Assembly: GCA_964016885.1 (NCBI GenBank)
Contig: OZ024742.1
Coordinates: forward strand, 105,152,001 to 105,216,000
Source: Eledone cirrhosa
Taxonomy: Eukaryota
DNA: 64,000 bases
Direction of reading: 5' to 3'
Both the position numbers and the translations under genes were made by a program. Position 1 is the first letter of the stretch; every line of letters starts with the position of its first letter. Shown piece after piece: positions 25,921 through 37,319 of this stretch. The notes under the pieces are model-generated. The model searched no databases and was not told the DNA's origin. It saw only the letters and a program-made list of their open reading frames with translations.

Positions 25921-26944
25921 ATATTAAAATATACCTTATGAAAATTATCTTTATCAAATTTCAGAGTTCTATGTACATGTTTGGTAAGTGACATGATCTG
26001 AAACTTAAAACTGAAACAATTACATCATGGAAGAGTCATTTTAGCATCTTAAGAACATACAAAATTGTTATGTTATATTCATTGTCAAAAGTTTTTTTAC
26101 AGTCCTGTGATCTGGTCACTGACACATCCAATATATTTCTATGTAACCAGGTTGTAGAAGTATATATGTATGGGTCAGTAACTCCTGGTAGAAACTAAAG
26201 GGTATTGTAGTAACATATGATGTTTCTTGGTCACATTAAACCTTGTGGAGCCCATCTCTCTCCAGCCAATTTCTTCCAGAGAAGATGATAGAGGAATAGA
26301 CAGGGAGTGAGAATGAGATGTAGAAGAAGAATTCATTCCAGTACTGAACTTTATCACTTTATCGAACTTTATTGAGATGAAAAGTAAAGTTGACCTCAGC
26401 AAAATTTGAACTAGTGAAGAGAATCAGAACGAATACTACAAAGCATTCTACATGATGTTCTAACAACTCTGCCAATTTGTCCCCTAACTATAAAAGTGTG
26501 ATGAAACCTTTTGATACTTCATAATAAACACTACTATTAAGAAATAAGCAAAAGAGTGAAAATAAAAGTTTTTGTATGTTTTTATGCATGGCTAGTCTTG
26601 GGTTAAACAACAACAGCCAAACAGATTCAATACAAACTCTACAAACTCAAAATATGTCCCTATTTTTTCATTATAATAAAAGGTTGGTGTATTGGCGGAA
26701 TTGATTGGGCATTGGATGAAAAGCCATTGCAGGCTCTTTATATTCTGAGTTCAAATCCTATCAAAATCAAAATAAAGTACCTGTAAAATACTGGGTCAGT
26801 ATAATCGATTTTCCCCTCTTTGAATTGCTGGCCTTTTGTCTATATTAGAAACTATTATAATAGTTGTTATATATTTATTCCTATTTGAACGTATAAAATA
26901 TTTGAAAAATTTACTGTTGGGTTTATTTCCCTTTAAATCTTAAC

Positions 26945-27556
26945 TTTATTCAGCAGAAAATATTGAATAACAAGTTTGTTAATTCAAATGTTTACGGCAT
27001 AATTACTAGTGGACAGATTGTTGTGAAAATGTACAGTACTAGATTTTGATTTTTAATGTAATTCAATGATAATACAATAGCATTTTTCCAGAATGCCTTG
27101 CTAATGTGGTTTCATGTGGTACACAACATTAACTCTTGTATTTAGCTAAAAATATCTAAAAAGAGTGTTTGTTAATTCAAATGTTTATAATATCTTTGCT
27201 AGTGGACAGGACAGGTTACTGTAAAAGTTTGCAGTAAATTTAAGTAAAGACTTCAATTTTTAATCTGATTGAGTCACAATGCTGTTTTGTACTTTTTAAG
27301 AATGTCTTGCAAATGTGGTTTCATGTGGTACATGATGTCAACACTTAACACTGAGGATTTAGCCAAAAATATCTAAAAACGTTTTTTTTTAATTCAAATC
27401 TTTATAACATCTTTACTAATGGATAGATCATTGTGAAAATTTGCAGTAAAGTAAAGACTTCAATTTCTAATCTGAAGCAGTCATAGTGATGCTGTATACT
27501 TTTCAAGAATATCTTGCTAATGTAGTTTTATGTGGTACAGGATATTAAGTGTTAAA
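26945..27556. repeat. Three degenerate tandem copies of a ~200-bp unit (solo copy at 31310-31482)
   Basis: Recurring aaaaatatctaaaa..ttaattcaaatgttta..gtcttgctaatgtggtttcatgtggtaca; last copy ends ttaagtgttaa. Confidence 0.75.
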
Positions 27557-28089
27557 GCAATATAATGTTCTACTATGTTAGCTGTGTAGGCCTGGCATAA
27601 CTCATGATAGAATGGAAAAAAAATAAGACATTAAGACAAGCGTTATTAATTCTGCTTCCATGCCAACAAGAAAATAAATTATTTTGACATTCCCATTAAA
27701 TAAACCACAGCCAAGCAATTCTAAAATCTTTGCTTTCAACGGGTGACAATATATATTTTTTTTCCTATTAAAGCTATCAAAATAAATTTGAAGAACTAAT
27801 TTAGAAGGAAGGACCGTTATTAAGTGACTTCTGTCAAAGAAAGAAAGAACTGCCACTGAGTTAGATAGGGATACAAAACATTTGGTATTTGAAAAGGTTA
27901 CAAGAAATCTCATATAATAGCAATCATGCTATTCTTAGAACAATAGAAATAAATATATATAAATAAAACCTATTATGGTTAAAGGTTGAAGGTTTTAAAA
28001 GTTAATATAAAATGTCATAAAATAATTTTCTTCTCTCATACATCTTTTACTGTGGTCCAGCATATGTGTGTGGACAAATCCTTACTATC

Positions 28090-28855
28090 AGCACAATCAT
28101 CAGTTTTATGTCTAATTTTCCATGCTTTCATAGGTTGGACAAGTTTTCTGCAACACAGATTTCCTGCACTTGTGTTCCTTTGTTATCTCCTCTGTGATAT
28201 TCAATATTCTGAGATCAGTTCTCACCACTTCTGCCCATATTTTCCTCAGTCTTCATGTTCTGCAATCTCTTTTCATTTGGAATTCATACCACTTCTTCAC
28301 ACAACAATCCTCATCCATATGAATGCACAGCATCTGATTCCTCTTATGTTCCGTCTTTACTTCGACTGATAAATTCTTTATCAATCACGTTCGTTAACAT
28401 TACACATGCAGCAGAAAATGCTAACTACATTTCTTTCTAACCTTCAGAGATACTTTGCATTCAATTCCCATGTCTCATAAAGGCTCACTTCATTTACAGA
28501 CATCATCTGACCTTCGCTTCAAGAGAGAATCTATTTCTTGCAGAGGTAGTAACTCTTGAACTTTTCCATTCTCTTCTTATTCTAGCTACTATACTTTTAG
28601 AGCACCCTCTTGCATTGCTTATTTGGTCACCCTATACTTGTATAAAATAAGCATTTGACTACTACTATGGAGCCTTCTTAAAAATATTTTACTACCCCTG
28701 TGCATCTTCCACACACAAAATCTCTTTTCTGTTAGCCTGCCTATGATTCTGCTTCATATCTTGTGCATTTAAAGTTTACACTGAATGCAATATATGTAGT
28801 TTCTACTTATTCCTTTTCTGCAAATGGTAATTTCTTCAATGAGAACAGGATCCTG
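28090..28855 (-). mobile_element. Old RTE copy (PHD-type family)
   Basis: Remnants ICRKGISRNYIYCIQCK..GRLTEK..CGRC and GDQISNARGCSKSIVARIR; shared 3' end. Confidence 0.7.
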
Positions 28856-29989
28856 TGTTTTTTACTAGTTATTATGACTGAGCTTTGCTAAGATTACTCT
28901 AAGACCTTTCAATTCTATATTGTGTATCCATATCTGAAAAGTAGAACCAGTACCTTGGATTTATAAGGCACAGGCTGATTTCCTGGGACATAATTTAGGC
29001 AAAACAAAAAAGGTACCTTCAAAATTGTTAAATACTGTGATCCTTCTGATTAAAGATTAAATCTGAATTTAATTACTTTCATTTTTTTTTTTATTATTTT
29101 AATTTTCTTCTATCCTATATGATTAAGTATGTTGAGATTAACAATATCTGAGCAAATATTTGTTTGGCCATTTTATTTATCCTAATTTAAACCTTAGCCT
29201 TGTCTTATCTCTAACAAGGACAATTATTCAACAACACCAACTAGAAATACTTCAGGTAAATAAACTAGTTCGATATTCTAAGTATACATGATATGTCTCT
29301 CTCTTGGGGGTGGGTGTGTGTGTGTGTGTGTACACGCACACACGCACACACATGTACCTACATCTCTATACCTCTCACTTATATATTTATATATATATAT
29401 GCTCTCACACAAATACCCAATGTGTATAAGCAGCAACATATACTTAGCTGTTATCAATATTTAGCACAGCTACTGGCTCTTTTACACCATTGGTGACAGG
29501 ATCATGACTTATCAGTGAACAAGATATTTCGGTAATTCTACAAATTGCTTGAAATGCTATCTTCCCATTCTCCTTCTTCAGTATCCGTTGTTGAATAATT
29601 ACTACACAAAACCAAAGATAGCTTCCATTTCAGCATCAACACAATTATACATATTCTTCACATTTTATATCATTTCATTGTCTTCTTGTTGATGCATTTG
29701 TTTTTGTTTTATTTTTTTCATCTTATAATTTTTCCTACTAGGTGTGGATGAAGCAGTTTCTTTGAAATGTATTATACCTCATCAGTCAGGACAAATATAA
29801 TTAAAATAGGGGGTTTTATGAAGTGAAACAGTCGTTCCATCTTGTGGAACTCACTCAGGCAGAAGGCTAACTCTGCCCTGATAGTGGGTAGAGAGTTGGT
29901 TCAGAGATGAAGAACTCCAAACGTTTCCACCACTGCGGGTTCAACAACAAACCTATAGATAACGATGGATTTATTTTAGCTATTGAAAC

Positions 29990-30330
29990 AACCTGTTAGT
30001 GTTTTTTAGTTCTAAATTAGGCCTCCTTCCACAGCAGGTTGCTGCTAGAGAAAGTGTCACTGTTTGTGTGCCAGATGAAGATTTATCGGAATAGAAAGTG
30101 TTACTCCAAAGGATAGCAAAGGAGGCACGTTGAAATAGCCATTCCAACTCATGAGGCTCACTACTGAAGGTAGCCAACTCTGTCCTAACAGCAGTGTGTA
30201 GGAAGGTGATTCAGGGACCCAGAGTGCCAGTAGTCTCCACCGCTATAGGTTCAATGACAAACCCATCAGAAAACGGGTAATACTTCAGCTTGTAATCTCC
30301 AGCTTTTCAGTTAACAAAACCTGGGACAAT
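29990..30330 (-). mobile_element. CRE-like LINE 3' fragment
   Basis: FVIEPIAVETTGTLGP..ATFSSEPHELEWLFQRASFAILWSN. Confidence 0.65.
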
Positions 30331-33300
30331 TACTAAATGCACCAGGTTGCTACCGAAGAAAGGGTTACTTTATGCCACATCCCAGATGAGGGCCTTACTA
30401 CTGTGGAACAGAAAGATTGTGATGTCATCTGGCCTTGGGGATACAGCTGGATCAGTTGCATACAGTTGCTCCAGACAGGACCTGCTGGAAGGCATGATTG
30501 ATAATTCTGACCCCAAGATTCTCCCAGGAATAAGTGGGCAAAGGAAAAGGATATAAATAATAGGAAGTGCCTCTGAGCATGTTTTTCCATCTTGATAGGT
30601 ACTTTACCCAATTTTTTCTTATTTATAAGGGATCAACTATTATTATGGTCATTTGAATTGGGGAGTACACATTTTATATATATATATAATTTTACATCCA
30701 CTTTCCATACTGGTTTCTGTGACTGTAAGCCCTTCCTAACCACCACTCTTTTTCAGAGTGTAGTGGGTGTATTTTATTGTGGCACCAACACTAAAGAAGT
30801 TTTATATGTCTAGCATAGAGTAAGGTGGCAATTTGATAGAATCATTAGAGTGTATTTAATTTGGTTCCTCACATTCAAATGCTGTCATTATCAGCTTTGC
30901 CTTTCATTGTTCCAAAGTACCAATCTAAGCTTGTGTGGCAGAATTGTTAACATGCTGAACAGGAGTCTTGTAACTTTTATTCCAGTTCTTTGCAATGTGA
31001 GTTCTTGGACAGTAAGTTTAATCAGTTGTCCAGTTTAACAACAGCATCTGTTACTTGGATGCCTTCAATGAAGTCCACTCAGTTGTAGGTATTAGAGCCA
31101 AGTCTCTGGTTTAAGGATACCTTTCATTCTCCATTAACCAACCCATGGAAGCCCTGAAAATAGTTATGGGTACTGAACTTCTTTCTAAGTGATAAAAAAA
31201 AAACATTTTCCAATGTACCCAATGAGAGTGATTTAGCTGCTATTTCTAATAGATGGAGCTACCATATATAAGTTTATTCATTGGCACATTGACGTTTAGG
31301 ATCCTGTCATGATTTAGCAGAAAATATCTAAAAACAGGCTTATTAATTCAAATGTTTACAGTAACTTTTGTAGAAAATATGCAGTAAACTAACGGCTTCA
31401 ATTTTTACTAAGATGCTGTGTTGTACTTTTCAATAATGTCTTGCTAAAGTGGCTTTATGTGGTACAGGGCGTTAAGAGTTTAAAAATTAACTTTCTATGT
31501 AGAACTCATAAAACTTTTTTACTTTAGGCACAAGGCAGGCAAATTTTTTTTTTGGGGGGGGGGGGGCTGGCCTCGGTGGGACTTGAACTCGGAACGTAAA
31601 GGGCCATAACTCTATGTTGCAAAGCATGGTGTCTGACGCTCTACTGATTCTGGCAATCTGCCGCCCTTAAATATTGCCTGCTGCACAAGCAAGACATTAA
31701 GTCAAGCAAGCCTCTTTCAACTGCACTTTAAAACAAATACCTCAATATCATAGAATTTGGGGCAGTTTCAGGCAGTTTGACATAAAAAGGGGGAACTCTG
31801 CTGATGATAAACTTGCAATAATTGGTCACAATGTTCACAATTTAAAAAAAATTAGATTATGAAAGTAAGGAGAAGAGGGGGAAAAAGGAGGAATCAGCAG
31901 ACACTACACCCCATTATAGGTGGTACATCTCAGCTACATGCCACAGATTAAACAGGAAAAGCATTGGAGTAGAGCAATACCCACTGCACCAGCCACTTCA
32001 ATTTATGGGGCTCTTTCCTCTGGTGAGATGCACTCTTCTCAATTTTACAAAAGAAGACTGAGGTCACTAGAAGCCATGACTGACACAAAGAGGATGCGGT
32101 CAGTCGAGTCTCATTATTCAGTATGTTGATGTTCAATCACCTGTTGAATGCCCCTGGTGTGTATGTCACATATTGGCATAAAAATTAATGCAGCCAAGAC
32201 AAAGACAAGTTATCCACTGACATCCTGCTTTCTGAAAAATTTCCTGTCATATGCAATAGCAAGATTTTAGAAGAGGTCAATGAATTTGTGTATCTAAGCA
32301 TTACCTTCACTGCCACTGGCAAAGGTAAATATGAGATAGATGTCCATAATAACTGTAAATGTGTTGCATTCTGAAAATTCTTTCACTTTTTGCCATCACC
32401 CTTTCACCGTTTCAGAATATACAACCAGAAATAATTGATTATATACTCTTCCCTCTGTAATACATTTGATACATATTCATATTATACATTTATATATGAG
32501 TGCCCAAGCTAACATGCCTCACTTTACCTTTAACACAAGTAGCCAAGCTAACATGCCTCACATTACCTATAACATTACCTATAACACAAATAGTCAAGCT
32601 AACATGCCTCACATTACTTAAAACACAAGTAGATGGCATTAGCTGTCTCTGCTTTTGTTGTTTCTAAATCGAATGTAAACTAATATTTTACCATGTTTGC
32701 CATCAATAAAAGATGGCATGACAGCTAAATGTAGTGAGACTTCCGAATAAATTATTTTATGAGAGTTTGTTTTCTCTTTCTACAGAAAGTGGAATGAAGG
32801 AAACAGAAATTTACTGGAAAAGGAAAATGAAGTTATTCCTAGAAAGAAATGAAAAATGATTTCCTAGAAGACAATGCTAGTAAAAATCCATATTTACATA
32901 CACAGCAATATGTTCGCTGAAAATATATATTTATCTACTGAAACTTATCGAATTGTATAATAAACCCTTGGCATTCTGAGAGGTCCTTCCGACAATAAGA
33001 TGGTCCCCTTAACAATCATCTTGTTCCTAACTTTCACTAATCAGATTATTTTCATTATGAAAAGCAAAAGACTGTAACTAATGTTTTTATTATTGAATAT
33101 GAATCACACTCGTTATTTGGTTCGTGTAGTTTGGTCTGGAAAATACTGAAAAACCTCTCGACTTAAGTGCTATATTATTGCTTTTATTATTGAATACGCA
33201 TTACTTTATTTGGCTTCAATATGTTTGATATATTCGGAAAAATAAATAAGAAGATAGAAAGATACTCGGAAAAAAAAATGGAAATGAAATTCAATTTCCT

Positions 33301-33647
33301 GTTTAAAAAGTACTTCAGAAAAAGACAAATCTTGAAAAAAGGTCAAAAATGAAAATGTTACAGCCAGTTGTAAAAGACGAAAAAAAAATGTTTATTATTT
33401 TTTATTTATTTATTTATTTATTTATTTTAGAGAATTGTAATCTATAATGTTCAAAACACAAAAATCCAAATGAATTTTCGAAAGAACATGATCGCGAATA
33501 CAAGCAGCCAAAATGGGATTCTTCTGATAAGTCGGTTGTCTTGAACTTTCCCACGTTAAATTTTTTTTTTTGCTTTTTTTTAAATAATTTAAAGAAAAGT
33601 AAATAAGAAACATAAATTATAATATTCAAAAGTGTCTATTATACATC

Positions 33648-33838
33648 ATAATAATTGTTTCTACTTTTGGCACAAGGCCAGCAATTACCCAGTGCATTAC
33701 TGGTACTTTATTTTATCGACCCCGTAAGGATGAAAGGCAAAGTTGACCTCGGCGGGATTTGAACTCAGAATGGAAAGGGCCGTAACTCTATGCGTCAAAG
33801 CATGGCGTCCGACCCTCTACCGATACTGCCAATCCATC
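33648..33838 (-). mobile_element. Full-length near-consensus tRNA-derived SINE
   Basis: Complete head/core/tail with CpGs retained; direct repeat catcataataat at 33644 and 33835. Confidence 0.9.
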
Positions 33839-34029
33839 ATAATAATGTATCCACTATAAAATATTGCCGAAGATGTTTTCTTGATTAGCAGGGCGCCAAA
33901 GGAACTCCTGGAGGTGAGTACCGAAAAGTGCCTCGCTTGGTCCTCTCATGGCACGGAATTTAACTTTGCAAAGGACCCGGTTATAAAAAATAATTTAACG
34001 CGGGGAAAGTTCAAGATAACCGAAAAGTC

Positions 34030-34550
34030 TTTGGAGTAACATTACTGGAAGGTTGGCAATCAGGGAGTCGCTCAGGGTGGAGCCGCTACTTCTCAGAATC
34101 GAGAAATCACACCTCCGATACAACGGACACATGGATTAGAAGGTTTAAGGAAAGAATCGGTAAATTTACAGAAAAACACCCTTCAGCTGTTCGGAGGGGA
34201 AATTGTTCTTTTTCCTAGGTGGTTTTGTTTTTGTTCTTGTTTTTTTCGTGTTAAAAAAAAAAATGAGTCGTTTCCCATCGATTTGGAGGCCAGATTAGTA
34301 GGAAAAAGAATTATTTCCCATCGAACGGTTGGGGGATGTTTTTCTGTAAATTTACCGAATCGCTGGACAGACTTTACGAGCAAAGCCAACAGCTGGAGAC
34401 CTATATGGCCTGATAACATCCATGATCTCGGTGGTTGCGATTGGGATCCAGCCGGATCGGTTGGGGACGGTTGCTTTTGATAAGAACCTCAGGAAGTGGT
34501 GTCTGATGATTCTGTCCCCACAACCACTCCAGGAATAAGTAGACGAAGGA
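34030..34550 (+). mobile_element. RTE (Expander-like) 3' fragment interrupted by a MITE
   Basis: SLRVEPLLLRIEKSHLR, then gataacatccatgatctcgg..ggggatccagcc..gaataagtag, homologous to 48857-49300. Confidence 0.75.
34159..34356. mobile_element. 198-bp foldback MITE, GG termini, 5-bp TSD
   Basis: First 20 nt GGTAAATTTACAGAAAAACA are identical at both ends; ~60-bp imperfect TIR; GAATC at 34154-34158 and 34357-34361. Confidence 0.85.
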
Positions 34551-34899
34551 CTTTTTTAATAATGTATATTTTTAAAATGAAATTTTACAGAGATACATTT
34601 TCAACGGTTGTAGACTACGATTATGTTAAAATTTGAAAGAAAAAATATTTCTGTATAAAATCTCTGGTGTTATTCTGATTGATATTATTAATATGAAATT
34701 GGAAGGCATGACGAAAAATGTTCAAGTTTACGTTTAGCCTACTACAAACACAAATAGAAAGTATTCAGTAAATGAAAGTATTAACGAATGGACCTTATAC
34801 AGCAATGAATATATTGATTTTCTTCTTTTAATTTCACCAACGTAATCAGGGGAAAAGAATGTCTGCAAAATTTCATAAAACATCATATATCTTAAGTAT

Positions 34900-35150
34900 G
34901 GTCATTCGGTACTCGGTAAGGGTAATTAGACTCATACCAAGGTGAAGGTGATCCTCTTCTGAGTATCGAGCATCACTTGGTATCGATGCCTCCCAATACA
35001 AGAAGCGATAGTTAAACTTGAGCGGGTGGTTGGTCCACTCCTTCTTGAGCCTTGACTTTAAAATGTTGACTGAGGGTGCGTCAACTGTTTCTTGTTTGAT
35101 GTTGTTCCAGTGGTTGATCGCACGTGCAGAAAAGAAGTGGTTATGCATAA
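34900..35150 (-). mobile_element. CR1-type LINE 3' fragment
   Basis: HNHFFSARAINHWNNIKQETVDAPSVNILKSRLKKEW. Confidence 0.85.
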
Positions 35151-35181
35151 ATAAGAAAGCTATGAGGATATAAAGTAATCG

Positions 35182-35235
35182 GAAGGTGCTGAATTCTAGT
35201 TATGTTGGCCAACATAACTAGAATTCAGCACCTTC
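35182..35235. repeat. Perfect 54-bp spacerless palindrome
   Basis: gaaggtgctgaattctagttatgttgg|ccaacataactagaattcagcaccttc, 27/27 pairs. Confidence 0.95.
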
Positions 35236-35394
35236 TTAGCTTAGCTACATTTAACAACTCTTGCCCTTCCCTACATACTGGAGGCTGCGTTAAAAATGGA
35301 GGTCGTAGCATCTGTAGCCGAACAGAATAAAATTATAAACTACCAGTAATTATCGTTAAACTATTTTTTTCAGCCTGTAGCGTTCAAAATGTTT

Positions 35395-35620
35395 GGCAGA
35401 ACTTGGCTGCTAACAGCGAAACTCTTGTCATGGAAGGCGGCTCGTCTTAACGAGATATTAGATGGTACTCCTGGTGAGGGTACTTGGTTATTCCAATGTC
35501 TTAGCTTCGCTATCACCCACATCAATACGGCAACTGTGTTAGCTTGCATAAAACATTAGAGGGAAACTCCAGCGCCCTTTGTTGTGGCGTATAATTGAGT
35601 ATGCGGGTCTTTTCCCCACC
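35395..35620 (+). mobile_element. CRE-like LINE 3' fragment
   Basis: AARLNEILDGTPGEGTWLFQCLSFAI..NTATVLAC. Confidence 0.6.
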
Positions 35621-37319
35621 TTTTTTCCAATTATTATTCAACCCCTTTGTCTTTAATAGTGTATATATATGTGTGTGTGTGTGAAAGAATTTTTTATATA
35701 TAAATTGTATATATTGCCGAATATTTTACGGACAATTCCAAAAAAGTATTAATATTTATAAATGTTTCACCAATATAAACCTAATTTACACTTTCAAAAT
35801 TTGTGATTATGTCCATTCTACATCCTAAATTGTATTTTAGTTCACAATATCTTTTTCATATTCTGGTACAAAAAGAAACTACCTTTACGACTTTTAACGT
35901 TATATGACTTGCAATGTATTACATCTACGTATAGATTTATATAAAATAACATTACAAATATAACCGACATCATAATATTACAAATAGAAAGAGAAAAAAG
36001 AAGGAAAAGAAAAAAGAAAAAAACACACAAGCAGGTAACACACACACATCTAGGACCACATACAACAAAAGGCAGGCGAAAGGGGTGGGTCTCTTAAAAC
36101 CTACCAGGATGTCTATGACAGAGCTGCAGTTTATCTTTTAATAAAACCTTATTTAGAATAATAAATTGATGTTTATAGTAGTAAAAACAATTTAATTGAT
36201 TGTTAGTTTATTTTATGTATGACATAATTATACGTTTCCACATCGACGGCTCTTCTGATATTCTAAACTAAATTCATATTTATGATAGTAATAATGAATT
36301 ATTAAGAAATCACAATGCTTTTTTTTTTTGAGAGAGAGAGGTATAGAGATAACGAGAAAGAGATTATAGTCAATATTTTGTTAAAAGGCGTTAAAAATGC
36401 TATAAAATAAAAGACAATTAATATTGGACAAGGACCACTAGTTGTGTGACAAACATTGCTACTAAAACATTTAAAATAAATTTTAAAAACATAAAATCGA
36501 TTGACTTATAATATTTAACCAAAATCGAAAGATTTTTAATTAAAGCTCTTTTCCAAAACGTGGAACCTGTTGTCAACGTTTTCTTCTGGAATCAGCATAT
36601 AAGCCTCCGTTACTATTTTCTACGAGGTATCCTCCAGCAATTTGTAATTGAAACAGCATTTATCATTACTCTTTATACCATATTTTAGAAATAATATTTC
36701 TCTCGAAGTCTTTAAATTCATACAATAGCATAAACAATATTCATGAAACAAAAATATCTTTCTATGCCAGTATTTAAATGCGGCAAAATAAATAGTTTTA
36801 ATGTTAAATTAGAAAGCTCTTTGAACGAAGTTTCCCCGGAAGAAACTCTATTCAAAGAAATTTCAATCAAAAATGAAATCGTATTCAAAATTTCATCCCC
36901 GAGTACATTTCGGAGCTGTTTCCGTTGAAAATCTTTTTTGGGGGGGCGGAATCTAATTTTTATTTAAATTGCATTTTTTATATATATAAGATTAAATAGA
37001 AGTACATACATGTAATCAATTGATTATTGCTTGGAACCTTATAAATATAATTCACAAAAACATAATCAAAGCGAGAGAAGAAGAAAAAAAAACCATCAAT
37101 TCCACAATAAGCGAGTCAATTTTAGTTATGGTCTCCGTCAGTTTATATATTATAAATGTATATACTATAAACAATGCTTATATATTTACAAATTATAAAT
37201 GTATATACTATACACAATGCTTCAAGCAAACTACATTCTTTTTTTAAAAAAGATATTTTGCAATGTCTAAAACTGCAAGCTTGTTAGGTTTGAGGCATTT
37301 AGATGTATCAAAGTATTTA

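Noticed and set aside
27602-27913. 103-aa minus-strand ORF in non-repetitive-looking DNA
   Set aside because: No motif or splice support; plus-strand frames contain stops.
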